Origin: a candidate division WOR-3 bacterium
Lineage (GTDB): Bacteria > Hydrothermota > 32-111
Length of the DNA: 64,000 nucleotides
Assembly (NCBI GenBank): GCA_039804205.1
Contig: JBDRZY010000003.1
Location: forward strand, 23,857-87,856
Reading direction: 5' to 3'
A program made the translations under genes and the position numbers. The notes beneath the pieces were generated by a model. It was given only the letters and a program-made list of their open reading frames with translations, searched no databases and was not told the DNA's origin. Below are positions 20,872 through 29,940 of the stretch, piece by piece (the first letter of the stretch is position 1; the number at the start of each line of letters is the position of its first letter).

Positions 20872-21778
20872 TGAGTAAGTATAATATCGCCATCCTTATA
20901 GCAACTCCATTTGTGACCTGATCGAGGATAACAGATTTCTCACTATCAGCAACATTTCCATCAAGTTCGACGCCTCTGTTGATAGGTCCTGGATGCATTA
21001 TGATGCTTCTGTCTTTTATTCTCAGGTATCTTTCATAGGTCATTGAGTATTCTTTGACATACTCTCTTAAAGATGGGAACAGGCCTTTCTCCTGTCTTTC
21101 AAGTTGCATTCTCAAAATGTAAATGACGTCTTTATCCTGAATGGCTTTATCGATATCGTATTCGATAGTCACATCAAAATCGTTTAAATATAAAGGCATG
21201 AGTGTTGGAGGAGCACAGAGTGTTACCTTTGATCCATACTTTGAAAAGCCCCAGAGAAGTGATCTTGCAACTCTCGAATGGAGAATATCTCCAAGTATCA
21301 GAACTTTTAAATTTTTAAAATCTTTGTAGATTTCTTTAATCGTCATAAAATCAAGTAGCGCCTGTGTTGGATGCTCATGCGTTCCATCTCCCGCATTGAT
21401 AACATTTGAATTGATTCTTTCTGATAAAAATTTAGCTGCTCCTGGAGAACTGTGTCTTATAACAACCATATCCGTTTTCATAGATTCTATATTCTTTGCA
21501 GTATCAAGAAGCGATTCACCTTTCATAACCGATGATGTTTTTGTTGATACATTTACAGAATCAGCGGAAAGATGTTTTTCAGCTAGTGAAAATGAAACCA
21601 GAGTTCTAGTACTTGGCTCAAAAAAAAGATTCACTACCGTTTTTCCTCTCAACGCTGGAACCTTTTTTATTGGTCTTAAAAGTATATCTTTAAAGGAAAA
21701 ACCGTTTTCGATTATAAAATCAATCTCTTCCTTCGTTAATTCTTCGATAGATAATAGATGTTTCTTTGTCCAGTTCAA
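20852..21778 (-). CDS. pyrB: aspartate carbamoyltransferase catalytic subunit
   Basis: ORF track, 308 aa. STRTLVSF (STRT motif) and HPTQALLD (HPxQ motif) are present. Confidence 0.9.
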   Translation of the reverse strand: MNWTKKHLLSIEELTKEEIDFIIENGFSFKDILLRPIKKVPALRGKTVVNLFFEPSTRTLVSFSLAEKHLSADSVNVSTKTSSVMKGESLLDTAKNIESMKTDMVVIRHSSPGAAKFLSERINSNVINAGDGTHEHPTQALLDFMTIKEIYKDFKNLKVLILGDILHSRVARSLLWGFSKYGSKVTLCAPPTLMPLYLNDFDVTIEYDIDKAIQDKDVIYILRMQLERQEKGLFPSLREYVKEYSMTYERYLRIKDRSIIMHPGPINRGVELDGNVADSEKSVILDQVTNGVAIRMAILYLLNGGKNE

Positions 21779-22311
21779 AATTCCTCCTTTTCAACACAAT
21801 CTTTTCCATCGAGTTCTTTTAAAAAGACATTTATGTTATCTTTTTTAGGAATCTCTATCTCTATACCTGAAAAGTCAGGTCTTATTGGAAGTTCGCGTGA
21901 TTTTCTATCGATAAGAACAAAAAGTTTTATGGTTCTTGGTCTTCCAATATCAAGGATTTCGACAAGTGCACTCCTGATGGTTCTTCCAGTAAAAAAAACA
22001 TCATCGAAAAGGTATATAACTTTATCATTTATATCAAAGAGAACTTCTGTTGATCTTACCAATGGTTGATGATCGATTAAGGAAAGATCATCCCTGTAAA
22101 GATTTATATCGATTTTCCCAATCTGTATGTTGAGATTCTTTTTTTTAAGGATTTTTTCAGCCACTCTTTTTGCAATAATATCTCCCCTTTTGATTATGCC
22201 TATAAATGCAACATCTTCTGGATTTTTTTCGTTTTCCAGTATTTGATCAGCCATCTTATCTATAATTTTTGAAATGTCATTTTCGTTCAATATTAAAGTT
22301 TTTTTTGACAT
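21775..22311 (-). CDS. pyrR: bifunctional pyrimidine operon regulator / uracil phosphoribosyltransferase PyrR
   Basis: ORF track, 178 aa. PRTase motif LFDDVFFTGRTIRSAL. Overlaps pyrB by 4 nt. Confidence 0.8.
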   Translation of the reverse strand: MSKKTLILNENDISKIIDKMADQILENEKNPEDVAFIGIIKRGDIIAKRVAEKILKKKNLNIQIGKIDINLYRDDLSLIDHQPLVRSTEVLFDINDKVIYLFDDVFFTGRTIRSALVEILDIGRPRTIKLFVLIDRKSRELPIRPDFSGIEIEIPKKDNINVFLKELDGKDCVEKEEF

Positions 22312-22316
22312 ATTAC

Positions 22317-22778
22317 CTACTTTTTAAAGTTCTGTTTTATAAACTCTATAGATTCATCTATCAAACCTTTTTTTAAAAGTTCAACAACATGTTCAATTTT
22401 TTTTTGATCGATATTTGTACTTTCGGTTGTTAAATCGTCAAAAGTTAAGTCCTGTGTCGAAGAGGTAGTATTGAATAGAAAGGAAGAACCATCAGCAACT
22501 TTCTCTTCATTTTTTTCAAAAATATTCTCTCTGGAAATGTCCTTTGATGGCAGTTTTGTATTGTCTTTCTCAACATTTTCTGTATCTGGAAATATTTCAC
22601 CCTCATCTTTTGAAGTTGGTGATGTTCCCAGATTTTCTATTCCAGAAATTCCTTCATCTTTTTTTTCTTCAACTTTTGGAGTAACTTTTTCCTTTTTCTC
22701 CTGAAAAAGTTTTGCAAACGGATTATCTTTTTCATTTTCTTTGTTTGTCGAAATTTTTTTTAAAAAATCTTCAGACAT
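22317..22778 (-). CDS. hypothetical acidic Glu/Lys-rich protein
   Basis: ORF track, 153 aa of low-complexity acidic sequence with a structured-looking C-terminus. Overlaps the upstream TPR gene by 8 nt and ends 5 nt before pyrR. Confidence 0.4.
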   Translation of the reverse strand: MSEDFLKKISTNKENEKDNPFAKLFQEKKEKVTPKVEEKKDEGISGIENLGTSPTSKDEGEIFPDTENVEKDNTKLPSKDISRENIFEKNEEKVADGSSFLFNTTSSTQDLTFDDLTTESTNIDQKKIEHVVELLKKGLIDESIEFIKQNFKK

Positions 22779-23805
22779 CTATTTCTCCTTCTTTTATGAT
22801 TTTTAGTTTTTCTTTTGCTTCTTCAAGATATGGATTTATTTCCAGAGCTTTGGACCAGTTTTTTACAGCATCATCATATTTTTTCAAAGAATGGAATGCA
22901 TTTCCAAGCATTAAATATGCTTCTGAAAAATCAGGATTCAAATCGATAGCTTTTTTGAAATTTTCCGATGCGAGTTCAAATTGGTTATTCGATAGATACA
23001 TTAAACCAAGATTGTTGTAAACTTCCGCAAAGTCAGGGAAAATTTCAATCGCTTTTTTAAAGTTTTCTTCTGCTTTTTGCTGATTGCCAAGTTTTAGATA
23101 GGTTTGAGCTATATTGTTGTAAATTTCTGGTGATGTTGGATCGAGTTCATTTGCTTTGAGAAAATAATTCAATGCTGTACTGAAGATTCCTCTATAGAAC
23201 AAGAGTAGACCTCTTTCGTTGTAAATCTTAGCTTGCATCATTGCAAATTCAGTTTCCCTTTTCTTTGAAAGGTTTTCCTCATAATCAACGACCTTCATGA
23301 TGGTTTCCGCAATTTTCCCAAGATTTGAAATTAAAGAATCCATTTTAACTAACATATTCTGATTTTTCTCATTGAAATTTTCAATGAGAAGTTTAATATT
23401 TTCCCTTTCTTCAGAGATCAGTTTCGTGATGTTATCAAGGTTGTTTGAAATGTTTTCAAGTTTTGATTCCAGAATCATTATCTGCTCTTTTGAACTATCA
23501 GAATTGTTTTTTATAATTTCTTTCATTTCTGGAAGAATCGATATCGTTTCATTGATCGCTTCGAATCTCAACAATGTTTCTTTAAAATTGTTTGTTATCG
23601 AATCGTTAGAATCTTTTATCTGTTTTAAAAATTCCTTTAAATCTTCTTCTATTTTTTCAAGATTAAAAGATCTTTGTTCATCACTTTTCTTATTTTCACT
23701 TTCACTTTGTTTTGAATAATTTACTTCCTCTTTAGGGATCTCCCTGTTTTCTTCTTCTGGAGTTTGTTCTTCTATCGGATTTTGGTTCTGAAGATTATCT
23801 TCCAT
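22771..23805 (-). CDS. coiled-coil + TPR-repeat protein
   Basis: ORF track, 344 aa. The N-terminal half shows a coiled-coil heptad pattern. The C-terminal half has ~5 TPR units (e.g. AEVYNNLGLMYLSNNQFELASENFKKAIDLNP). Confidence 0.65.
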   Translation of the reverse strand: MEDNLQNQNPIEEQTPEEENREIPKEEVNYSKQSESENKKSDEQRSFNLEKIEEDLKEFLKQIKDSNDSITNNFKETLLRFEAINETISILPEMKEIIKNNSDSSKEQIMILESKLENISNNLDNITKLISEERENIKLLIENFNEKNQNMLVKMDSLISNLGKIAETIMKVVDYEENLSKKRETEFAMMQAKIYNERGLLLFYRGIFSTALNYFLKANELDPTSPEIYNNIAQTYLKLGNQQKAEENFKKAIEIFPDFAEVYNNLGLMYLSNNQFELASENFKKAIDLNPDFSEAYLMLGNAFHSLKKYDDAVKNWSKALEINPYLEEAKEKLKIIKEGEIDV

Positions 23806-23818
23806 ATATACTCCTTTT

Positions 23819-26800
23819 TTAAATTATAATCCTATAATCAGAGAAGAGGTTTTTATAATATTTTGTTTTGGTTAACTCTGAAGAGAATCCAATGTCCATT
23901 TTTTTATTTCTTAACATACCTTCTATTTCACCATAGTATCCGAGTTTTTTCATCAAATTTATCAGATGGTTTAAATGTTTCGTTTCTGAAGAATCTCTTA
24001 GTTTTGATCCTATTTCTAAAGCGTATGTAATGTTACCAATTCTCTCATAATTCAACGAAAGTATATAGGTCCTCTCATAATCTAAATTTTTGTCTTTAAA
24101 TTTTCTGTTGAGCAGATTTATGGATTCATAATATCTTTGTTGTTTGTATAAATTGAAAGCGTATTCGATTCTCATTTTCTCATCATCAATTTTTTCTTTT
24201 TGGAATAATTTTTCAATTTTTGATCCCTTTTTACTTTTTTCCTCTTCATACATCTGGAAGATTATCTCATAGTAAAGGTCGATGTTCAAATTTTTTAAAA
24301 AGGAGATTATTTCATTCTTCTTTTCTTGGTTTCCCAAAAATCTGAATGCCTGAGCAAGCAAAATCCCATATCTGATCTTTTCTTCATTTTTGGTGGTTTT
24401 CTCATAAATCTCCATCGTTAATTCAATAAGTTTATCAAATTTATTCAGGTCGTAATACAGATGGGAAAGAAGAGATATCATTTTTTGATTTTTTGGATCT
24501 TTACTGAGGATAAGATTTGCTTTTTCTATTATACGATCGTAATCATCAGATTCTGATGTAAGATAGAGGAAATTCAACCAGTTTGACGCATTTTCAAAAT
24601 CATCTTTTTCAAAGTAAAGGTCAACAAGAAATAGTTGTATTTCAAAATTTTTATTTTCAAGTTCTATTATTCTATCGATAATCTCCTCAATATACTTTTT
24701 GTTTATCTTTATAATCTTTGAGTAAAGTTCAACAGCATCAGTTGTTCTATTCAATTTAAGATAAGAATCAGCAAGGGATATCAAAAGAAAAGTGTTGTTA
24801 GGTTCGTTTACAAGCATTTCTTTGTAAAAACTTATTACATTTTCTGTCTCGGAAGGATTTATAAGTTCTATTTGTCTTAAAAGTGTTATCGCCTGCATAT
24901 AATTATGCATATCTTTATAGACCTGAGCGAGCGAAAATCTTGGATCCACCTCATCGGGTTGCTGATTTATTATAAACAGTAGCTGTGATATCACTTTTTC
25001 CTTTAAACCAGTCTCTATAGACATAGCATTGTACAGGTAATCGGAAGCAAGTTTATAAAGACCTTTTTTTGCATAGAAAACTCCGGTTGCATAAAGAATC
25101 TCTCCATTTTCAGATTCCTTTTCAATATAATTTGACATAAGGTTTAAAATCGAATCGAGGTACGAACTATCGATTTCAAAAGTTTCATACATTTTTGAAA
25201 TACCTTTTTCGTACTGGGCTGTTTCAAAATACAGGGTTCCCAGAGAAAAATTAAGTTTTGGATTGTTTATAATGTTTTCGTTCCATTTTTCCAATTCTGA
25301 TATTGCTATGTTTATCTGATTGGGATCGATCTTTACTATTTCAAGTAGTTCATCTATAGCTGAATCGATATTTTTATTCAGATAGTATGCAAGGGAGAGT
25401 GTATAATGGATTCTGAGTGAAAATGGATCATACTTCAACAGATCTTTTAATATGGTGAGCGTATTTTCTGTTAAGGTTTTATCAAGGATTATTGCTTGAT
25501 AAAGAACTGTTGCCGCATCGTTTACCATACCTTTGTTTGCATACGCTTTTCCAAGGAAAAATTTTATTTTACCAATTTTTTGTTGATCAAGTTTTGAAGA
25601 AAGGTTATCAGCTTCCTTTATTATCTTTTCGTAAAATCCCATTTCATCAAGAATATCCATTATGCTTTCAACTATGGAAACGTTTTCTGGATGATTTTTG
25701 TTCAATATATAGAGATTATCAAGAATGTGTCCTAATTTTGTTTTGTCTTTTCTAAGTTTTATAAGAGATTCGTAGGCTTTCCTGTAATCTTTTTTGTCTG
25801 TGAAAAGTTTGAATTCAAAGTCGGCAACGAGTTCATTTTCAGGATAAAAATCTTTAATCCTTCCAAGAAGTTCAAGTAAATCATCCTCTTTTTCGGGAAA
25901 TTTTTCAAACATTTCTTTTAACATTCCAAGAGAGAATTCAAGATCTGAAGCAAGATAGGACATCTCACAGAGGGAAAAATCATATAAAAAAGGATCAAGT
26001 TTTTTTCTTTCAATGCTTTTTAAGATCTTCAAAACTATTGTTGCAACATCTTTATCGTTTTTTGCTGAATTGTAGAACTGAGGGATGATTATATAAAATG
26101 TCTCAGGGTTCGATTTTAAAGTTTCGGTTATCATTACTTCTGATTCTTTGATTTTTCCCAATTTTATTAGAGCGATACTCAGGTTTAATCTTATATCAAC
26201 ATCTGATGGGTTTTTATCGTAGATTGTTTGCAGGTATTTTTTTGCGATAGAGATGTGTTCTTCATTGTTTATTGAAATAAGATATTCACATATCTTTTTC
26301 AGTTTCTCCACCTCGTTCTTATCAAGAAAAATTTGACAGATTGTTTCCAGTGCATCGATATTTTCTGGATCTTTATCAAGAATTTTATTTGCGAGTTTTT
26401 CAACATCGAAAGTATAGGAATTGTTTTTGAAATATACATTTTTGATTATTTTTGCTGATTCATTAAATTCGTTGCTATCGGAAAATATGTTTGCTTTAAG
26501 TAAAAGTATTTCTTCGTTTGACAGGTTTTCATTTTCTATTCGATTTATCGTATTGAGAATAAAATCCTTTTCTTCTTTTTTTAACTCATAAATTTTTTCA
26601 AGATTTGTGAATATTTTTGATATTTCTTTTTTTATAAGGAAAATTTCGACTAAAAGTTTATAACCTTCAACAAATTCTGGAGCACCCTGTATTATCTGAT
26701 ATGTTCTCCTGACGATCTCTTCCGTGACTTCATTTTTATCTTTTATCATTTCATAGATAATATCCAGTGCTTTTTTATAATCTTTTTTTTCTATCGCGAG

Positions 26801-27607
26801 ATCAACAATTGAATATTTACTTGTTTCAGAGATCTCTTTAGTGTCAGTTATATGTTCTTCAATCTTGTTTGATATATCTGTTTTTAATTTAGGATCTATT
26901 GAAGAAGCTTTTTGAAAATAGTTTATCGCTTTATCTTTATCGTTTATCAATATATAAAGATCTCCTATTGCGATATAAGGTTCAGGATTACCGTATGTTG
27001 TTTTTGCAACATTTATATACTCTGAGAGTATATAATCTCTATCCTTAACCTGTGTTCTAAACATCATTTCAAGAATCGGTTTTGCCTCTTTGAAATTTTT
27101 GTTATAAAGATATAAAATGCCCATCGATAAACATATCTCAATATCCTTTTTGTTAAACTGGTCAACCGTTTTTATATTTTTAACATTGATATATAGTTTC
27201 TCGAAGTATCCTATAAGATTTTTTATTTCTTCACCTGATAATGTATCGAAAATTTTTCTAAAAGATTCAAAGTCCCTTTTTTTTATATACATTTCAATAA
27301 GAACGGATGCAGTTTGATCCTTTTGTGATGTTGCCCTGTAATGTAGATCCTCTCCAACATTTATAATCTTGTTTATCTCTTCAGGTGAAAGATAATATGA
27401 ACTTCTCAGGGTATTTACAGATTCAAAGACTTTACCCATCTCAAATTGTGTTTTTGCAAGTTCAAGCAGTATTATGAAATCTGATTTTGAATTTTTAATG
27501 CTCTTTTTTAACAGTTGTTCAGCTTTATCATGTTTACCTTCTATTCTCAGCTTACTACTTCTTTCAATTATTTTTGTGGGATCACCTGAAGAGAAAAGAT
27601 CTAACAT
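23819..27607 (-). CDS. very large TPR-repeat protein (1,262 aa)
   Basis: ORF track. Dozens of TPR-like units of 34 aa with W/LG/Y...A...P spacing run throughout. No signal peptide. Confidence 0.7.
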   Translation of the reverse strand: MLDLFSSGDPTKIIERSSKLRIEGKHDKAEQLLKKSIKNSKSDFIILLELAKTQFEMGKVFESVNTLRSSYYLSPEEINKIINVGEDLHYRATSQKDQTASVLIEMYIKKRDFESFRKIFDTLSGEEIKNLIGYFEKLYINVKNIKTVDQFNKKDIEICLSMGILYLYNKNFKEAKPILEMMFRTQVKDRDYILSEYINVAKTTYGNPEPYIAIGDLYILINDKDKAINYFQKASSIDPKLKTDISNKIEEHITDTKEISETSKYSIVDLAIEKKDYKKALDIIYEMIKDKNEVTEEIVRRTYQIIQGAPEFVEGYKLLVEIFLIKKEISKIFTNLEKIYELKKEEKDFILNTINRIENENLSNEEILLLKANIFSDSNEFNESAKIIKNVYFKNNSYTFDVEKLANKILDKDPENIDALETICQIFLDKNEVEKLKKICEYLISINNEEHISIAKKYLQTIYDKNPSDVDIRLNLSIALIKLGKIKESEVMITETLKSNPETFYIIIPQFYNSAKNDKDVATIVLKILKSIERKKLDPFLYDFSLCEMSYLASDLEFSLGMLKEMFEKFPEKEDDLLELLGRIKDFYPENELVADFEFKLFTDKKDYRKAYESLIKLRKDKTKLGHILDNLYILNKNHPENVSIVESIMDILDEMGFYEKIIKEADNLSSKLDQQKIGKIKFFLGKAYANKGMVNDAATVLYQAIILDKTLTENTLTILKDLLKYDPFSLRIHYTLSLAYYLNKNIDSAIDELLEIVKIDPNQINIAISELEKWNENIINNPKLNFSLGTLYFETAQYEKGISKMYETFEIDSSYLDSILNLMSNYIEKESENGEILYATGVFYAKKGLYKLASDYLYNAMSIETGLKEKVISQLLFIINQQPDEVDPRFSLAQVYKDMHNYMQAITLLRQIELINPSETENVISFYKEMLVNEPNNTFLLISLADSYLKLNRTTDAVELYSKIIKINKKYIEEIIDRIIELENKNFEIQLFLVDLYFEKDDFENASNWLNFLYLTSESDDYDRIIEKANLILSKDPKNQKMISLLSHLYYDLNKFDKLIELTMEIYEKTTKNEEKIRYGILLAQAFRFLGNQEKKNEIISFLKNLNIDLYYEIIFQMYEEEKSKKGSKIEKLFQKEKIDDEKMRIEYAFNLYKQQRYYESINLLNRKFKDKNLDYERTYILSLNYERIGNITYALEIGSKLRDSSETKHLNHLINLMKKLGYYGEIEGMLRNKKMDIGFSSELTKTKYYKNLFSDYRIII

Positions 27608-27738
27608 TTATCCTCCTTCCAAATTCCCATACTCTTTTATTTTATATATAGGTGAAAAAATGTCAATTATTAAAAATATAATTTTTCTTGTTTTTTTTTT
27701 GAAAGTTAATAGAATATTTTAAAACGATAAGGGGATAT

Positions 27739-28797
27739 ATGAAAAAATTTGTTATTTTATTTTTAATTTTTTGTGCATTTTCTCAAACATTGTTATCGTC
27801 TGAAAAATTCTATAGATTTTTGGATTTTGATCTGATAGGTAGAATCGATGGCAAAGAAAAGATTACAAAATCAGAATTTGAAAAGATAGAGGGTTATAAA
27901 ATATACTATGATAATAAAAAAAGACCAATTTCTATAGAAATCTGTTATAAAGGAAAACCTGTTGAAAAAGATATTTTTGATTGGAAAACCAACATTTCAA
28001 AAATAGAGATTTCCTATACTGACACATTTGTGAAGATAGAAGATGACAGTTTGTTTGCTGAAAAAATGGTTTATAGATTCTTTGATAGAAAAAATGAAAG
28101 TGTTAAAATTTTTAATAGGGCTGAAAAAATAGTTTTTGTGACTTTTGATACGAAAAAACATTGTTGTGAAAAGATTATTTCATATTATGAAGATGGGCTG
28201 GGAGAAAAGGTTCCATCTGTTGATTCTGTCCTGATAAAACTCACCACTATCGTTAAGAATAAAAATTCAACTAGATGGGAAGTAAATTTTTATAGTGTTG
28301 GAGAAAAGGGAAATCTATTTTTATCACCTGACATTCTTGGATTTGAAAAGATTGTTAGAATTCAAAAAAATGAAACTATCGTTGATTCGTTAAAATTCTT
28401 TAACAGGGAAGAATACATTGTTTTAAGTACCGAAAAGGTTGAGGAGGGAGATTTCCAGGGTACCAAGAGTCTAAAAATAAAGGAAGATTCTAAAGGTGAT
28501 CTTCAAAAATTTTACGAGTTAATTTTTTATGATGATATTGGATATGAGTTTAAAAAGATTTATCTTGATACACTTTTAAAACCTGTTGACATTGATTCAA
28601 ATTTTGCGACCAGAATAATCAAGAGAAATAGTAATTTTACATATGATAAAGTTGAATATTTTTCTTCAGATCCTCTATTAAAAGCAAAGATGCCTCCTTC
28701 GATGAAATATAATGGGTATCCTTTGTTTAAAATTTTAACAAAGAAATTTGTATACGATAAAGATTACAACCTTTTGGGAGTTGAAAAGATAGAATGA
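27739..28797 (+). CDS. hypothetical secreted protein
   Basis: ORF track, 352 aa. Signal peptide FVILFLIFCAFSQTLLSS. RBS AAGGGG lies 4 nt upstream. Overlaps the following GT4 gene by 4 nt. Confidence 0.5.
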   Translation: MKKFVILFLIFCAFSQTLLSSEKFYRFLDFDLIGRIDGKEKITKSEFEKIEGYKIYYDNKKRPISIEICYKGKPVEKDIFDWKTNISKIEISYTDTFVKIEDDSLFAEKMVYRFFDRKNESVKIFNRAEKIVFVTFDTKKHCCEKIISYYEDGLGEKVPSVDSVLIKLTTIVKNKNSTRWEVNFYSVGEKGNLFLSPDILGFEKIVRIQKNETIVDSLKFFNREEYIVLSTEKVEEGDFQGTKSLKIKEDSKGDLQKFYELIFYDDIGYEFKKIYLDTLLKPVDIDSNFATRIIKRNSNFTYDKVEYFSSDPLLKAKMPPSMKYNGYPLFKILTKKFVYDKDYNLLGVEKIE

Positions 28798-29918
28798 ATA
28801 TTCTAATAATCAATTGGAGAGATTTAAAAAATCCTCTGTATGGTGGTGCTGAAATTCATATAACAAAAATTGCAGAGCACCTTGCTAAAAAACATAAAGT
28901 ATTCTTCTTAACATCTGGTTATAAAGGTGCAAAAGATGAATCGATCAACAATGTTTCCTATATACATACCGGAAACGAATTGTTGTTCAACTATTTTGTT
29001 ACCTTTAAAATAAGAGATTTAGTTAAGGAAAAAAAAATAGATCTTATCATAGAGGATATAAATAAAGTTCCATTTTTTACGCCTTTACTTGTTAAGATTC
29101 CAGTTTTCGTTGTGGTACCCCATATTTTTGGAAAAACGATTTTTAAACAAACGAATTTTATTTTTGGAACCTATGTGTATCTTTTTGAAAAACCTATAAG
29201 GATTGTATATAAAAAATCCTATTTTGAGGTTATTTCAAATTCAACGAGAGATGATCTTTTAAAAAGAGGCATAGATGGGAAAAGGATAAAAGTAATAGAA
29301 TGTGGGATCGATAAAAGATTTTTTGGTTATGATTATCAAAAAAAAGAATACCCTCAGATATGTTATGTTGGAAGGTTGAAAAAATATAAATCTGTTCATC
29401 ACCTTATAAAAGCTTTCAAAAAGGTCAAAGAACAATGTAAGGAATGTGTTTTATACATTGTTGGAATGGGAGATTATGAAACTGAGTTAAAAAAATTGGT
29501 TAAAAGGTTAAGGATAGAGGATGTTATTTTTACAGGATATGTTCCTGAACATGAGAAGATAAAAATTTTACAGGAAAGCTGGATATCAGTATATCCATCC
29601 TATATTGAAGGGTGGGGCATAGTCAACATTGAAGCGAACGCACTTGGAACTCCCGTTATTTCATCAAATGTTTTAGGACTCAAAGATTCGGTTAAAGATG
29701 GATTTTCGGGTTTGCTTTATGAATATGGAAATATAGAACAACTTGCAGAGAAAATACTGACTCTTTTAAAGAATCGGGAAAAACTTAAACAGATGGAAAA
29801 TGATGCTAAAAAATGGGCAAAAAATTTTGATTGGGAAAAAACGAACAATCTTTCAGAAGATTTTATTGAAGATTTCATTACAGAAGTTGTAAAATCCAAA
29901 ACTATTGACAACAAATAG
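28794..29918 (+). CDS. glycosyltransferase family 4 (GT-B)
   Basis: ORF track, 374 aa. C-terminal GT4 signature EGWGIVNIEANALGTPVISSNVLGLKDSV (E-x7-E). Confidence 0.75.
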   Translation: MNILIINWRDLKNPLYGGAEIHITKIAEHLAKKHKVFFLTSGYKGAKDESINNVSYIHTGNELLFNYFVTFKIRDLVKEKKIDLIIEDINKVPFFTPLLVKIPVFVVVPHIFGKTIFKQTNFIFGTYVYLFEKPIRIVYKKSYFEVISNSTRDDLLKRGIDGKRIKVIECGIDKRFFGYDYQKKEYPQICYVGRLKKYKSVHHLIKAFKKVKEQCKECVLYIVGMGDYETELKKLVKRLRIEDVIFTGYVPEHEKIKILQESWISVYPSYIEGWGIVNIEANALGTPVISSNVLGLKDSVKDGFSGLLYEYGNIEQLAEKILTLLKNREKLKQMENDAKKWAKNFDWEKTNNLSEDFIEDFITEVVKSKTIDNK

Positions 29919-29940
29919 TTTAATAATTAAAATATATTTT

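Noticed and set aside
14047-23719. Numerous short antisense ORFs within the MCP, rho, cyclase, pyr and TPR genes. Examples are 14578..14964, 16268..16774, 18525..18836, 21396..21848 and 23372..23719.
   Set aside because: Each is fully nested in a well-supported conserved gene on the other strand. An AT-rich genome gives long chance ORFs.
29905-29940. ORF-track start MTTNSLIIKIYF for the CTD protein.
   Set aside because: Residues from the ATG at 29941 (MKKIFYLLFPLITFVFVF) form a clean signal peptide. The 12-codon extension adds nothing recognisable and overlaps the previous gene.
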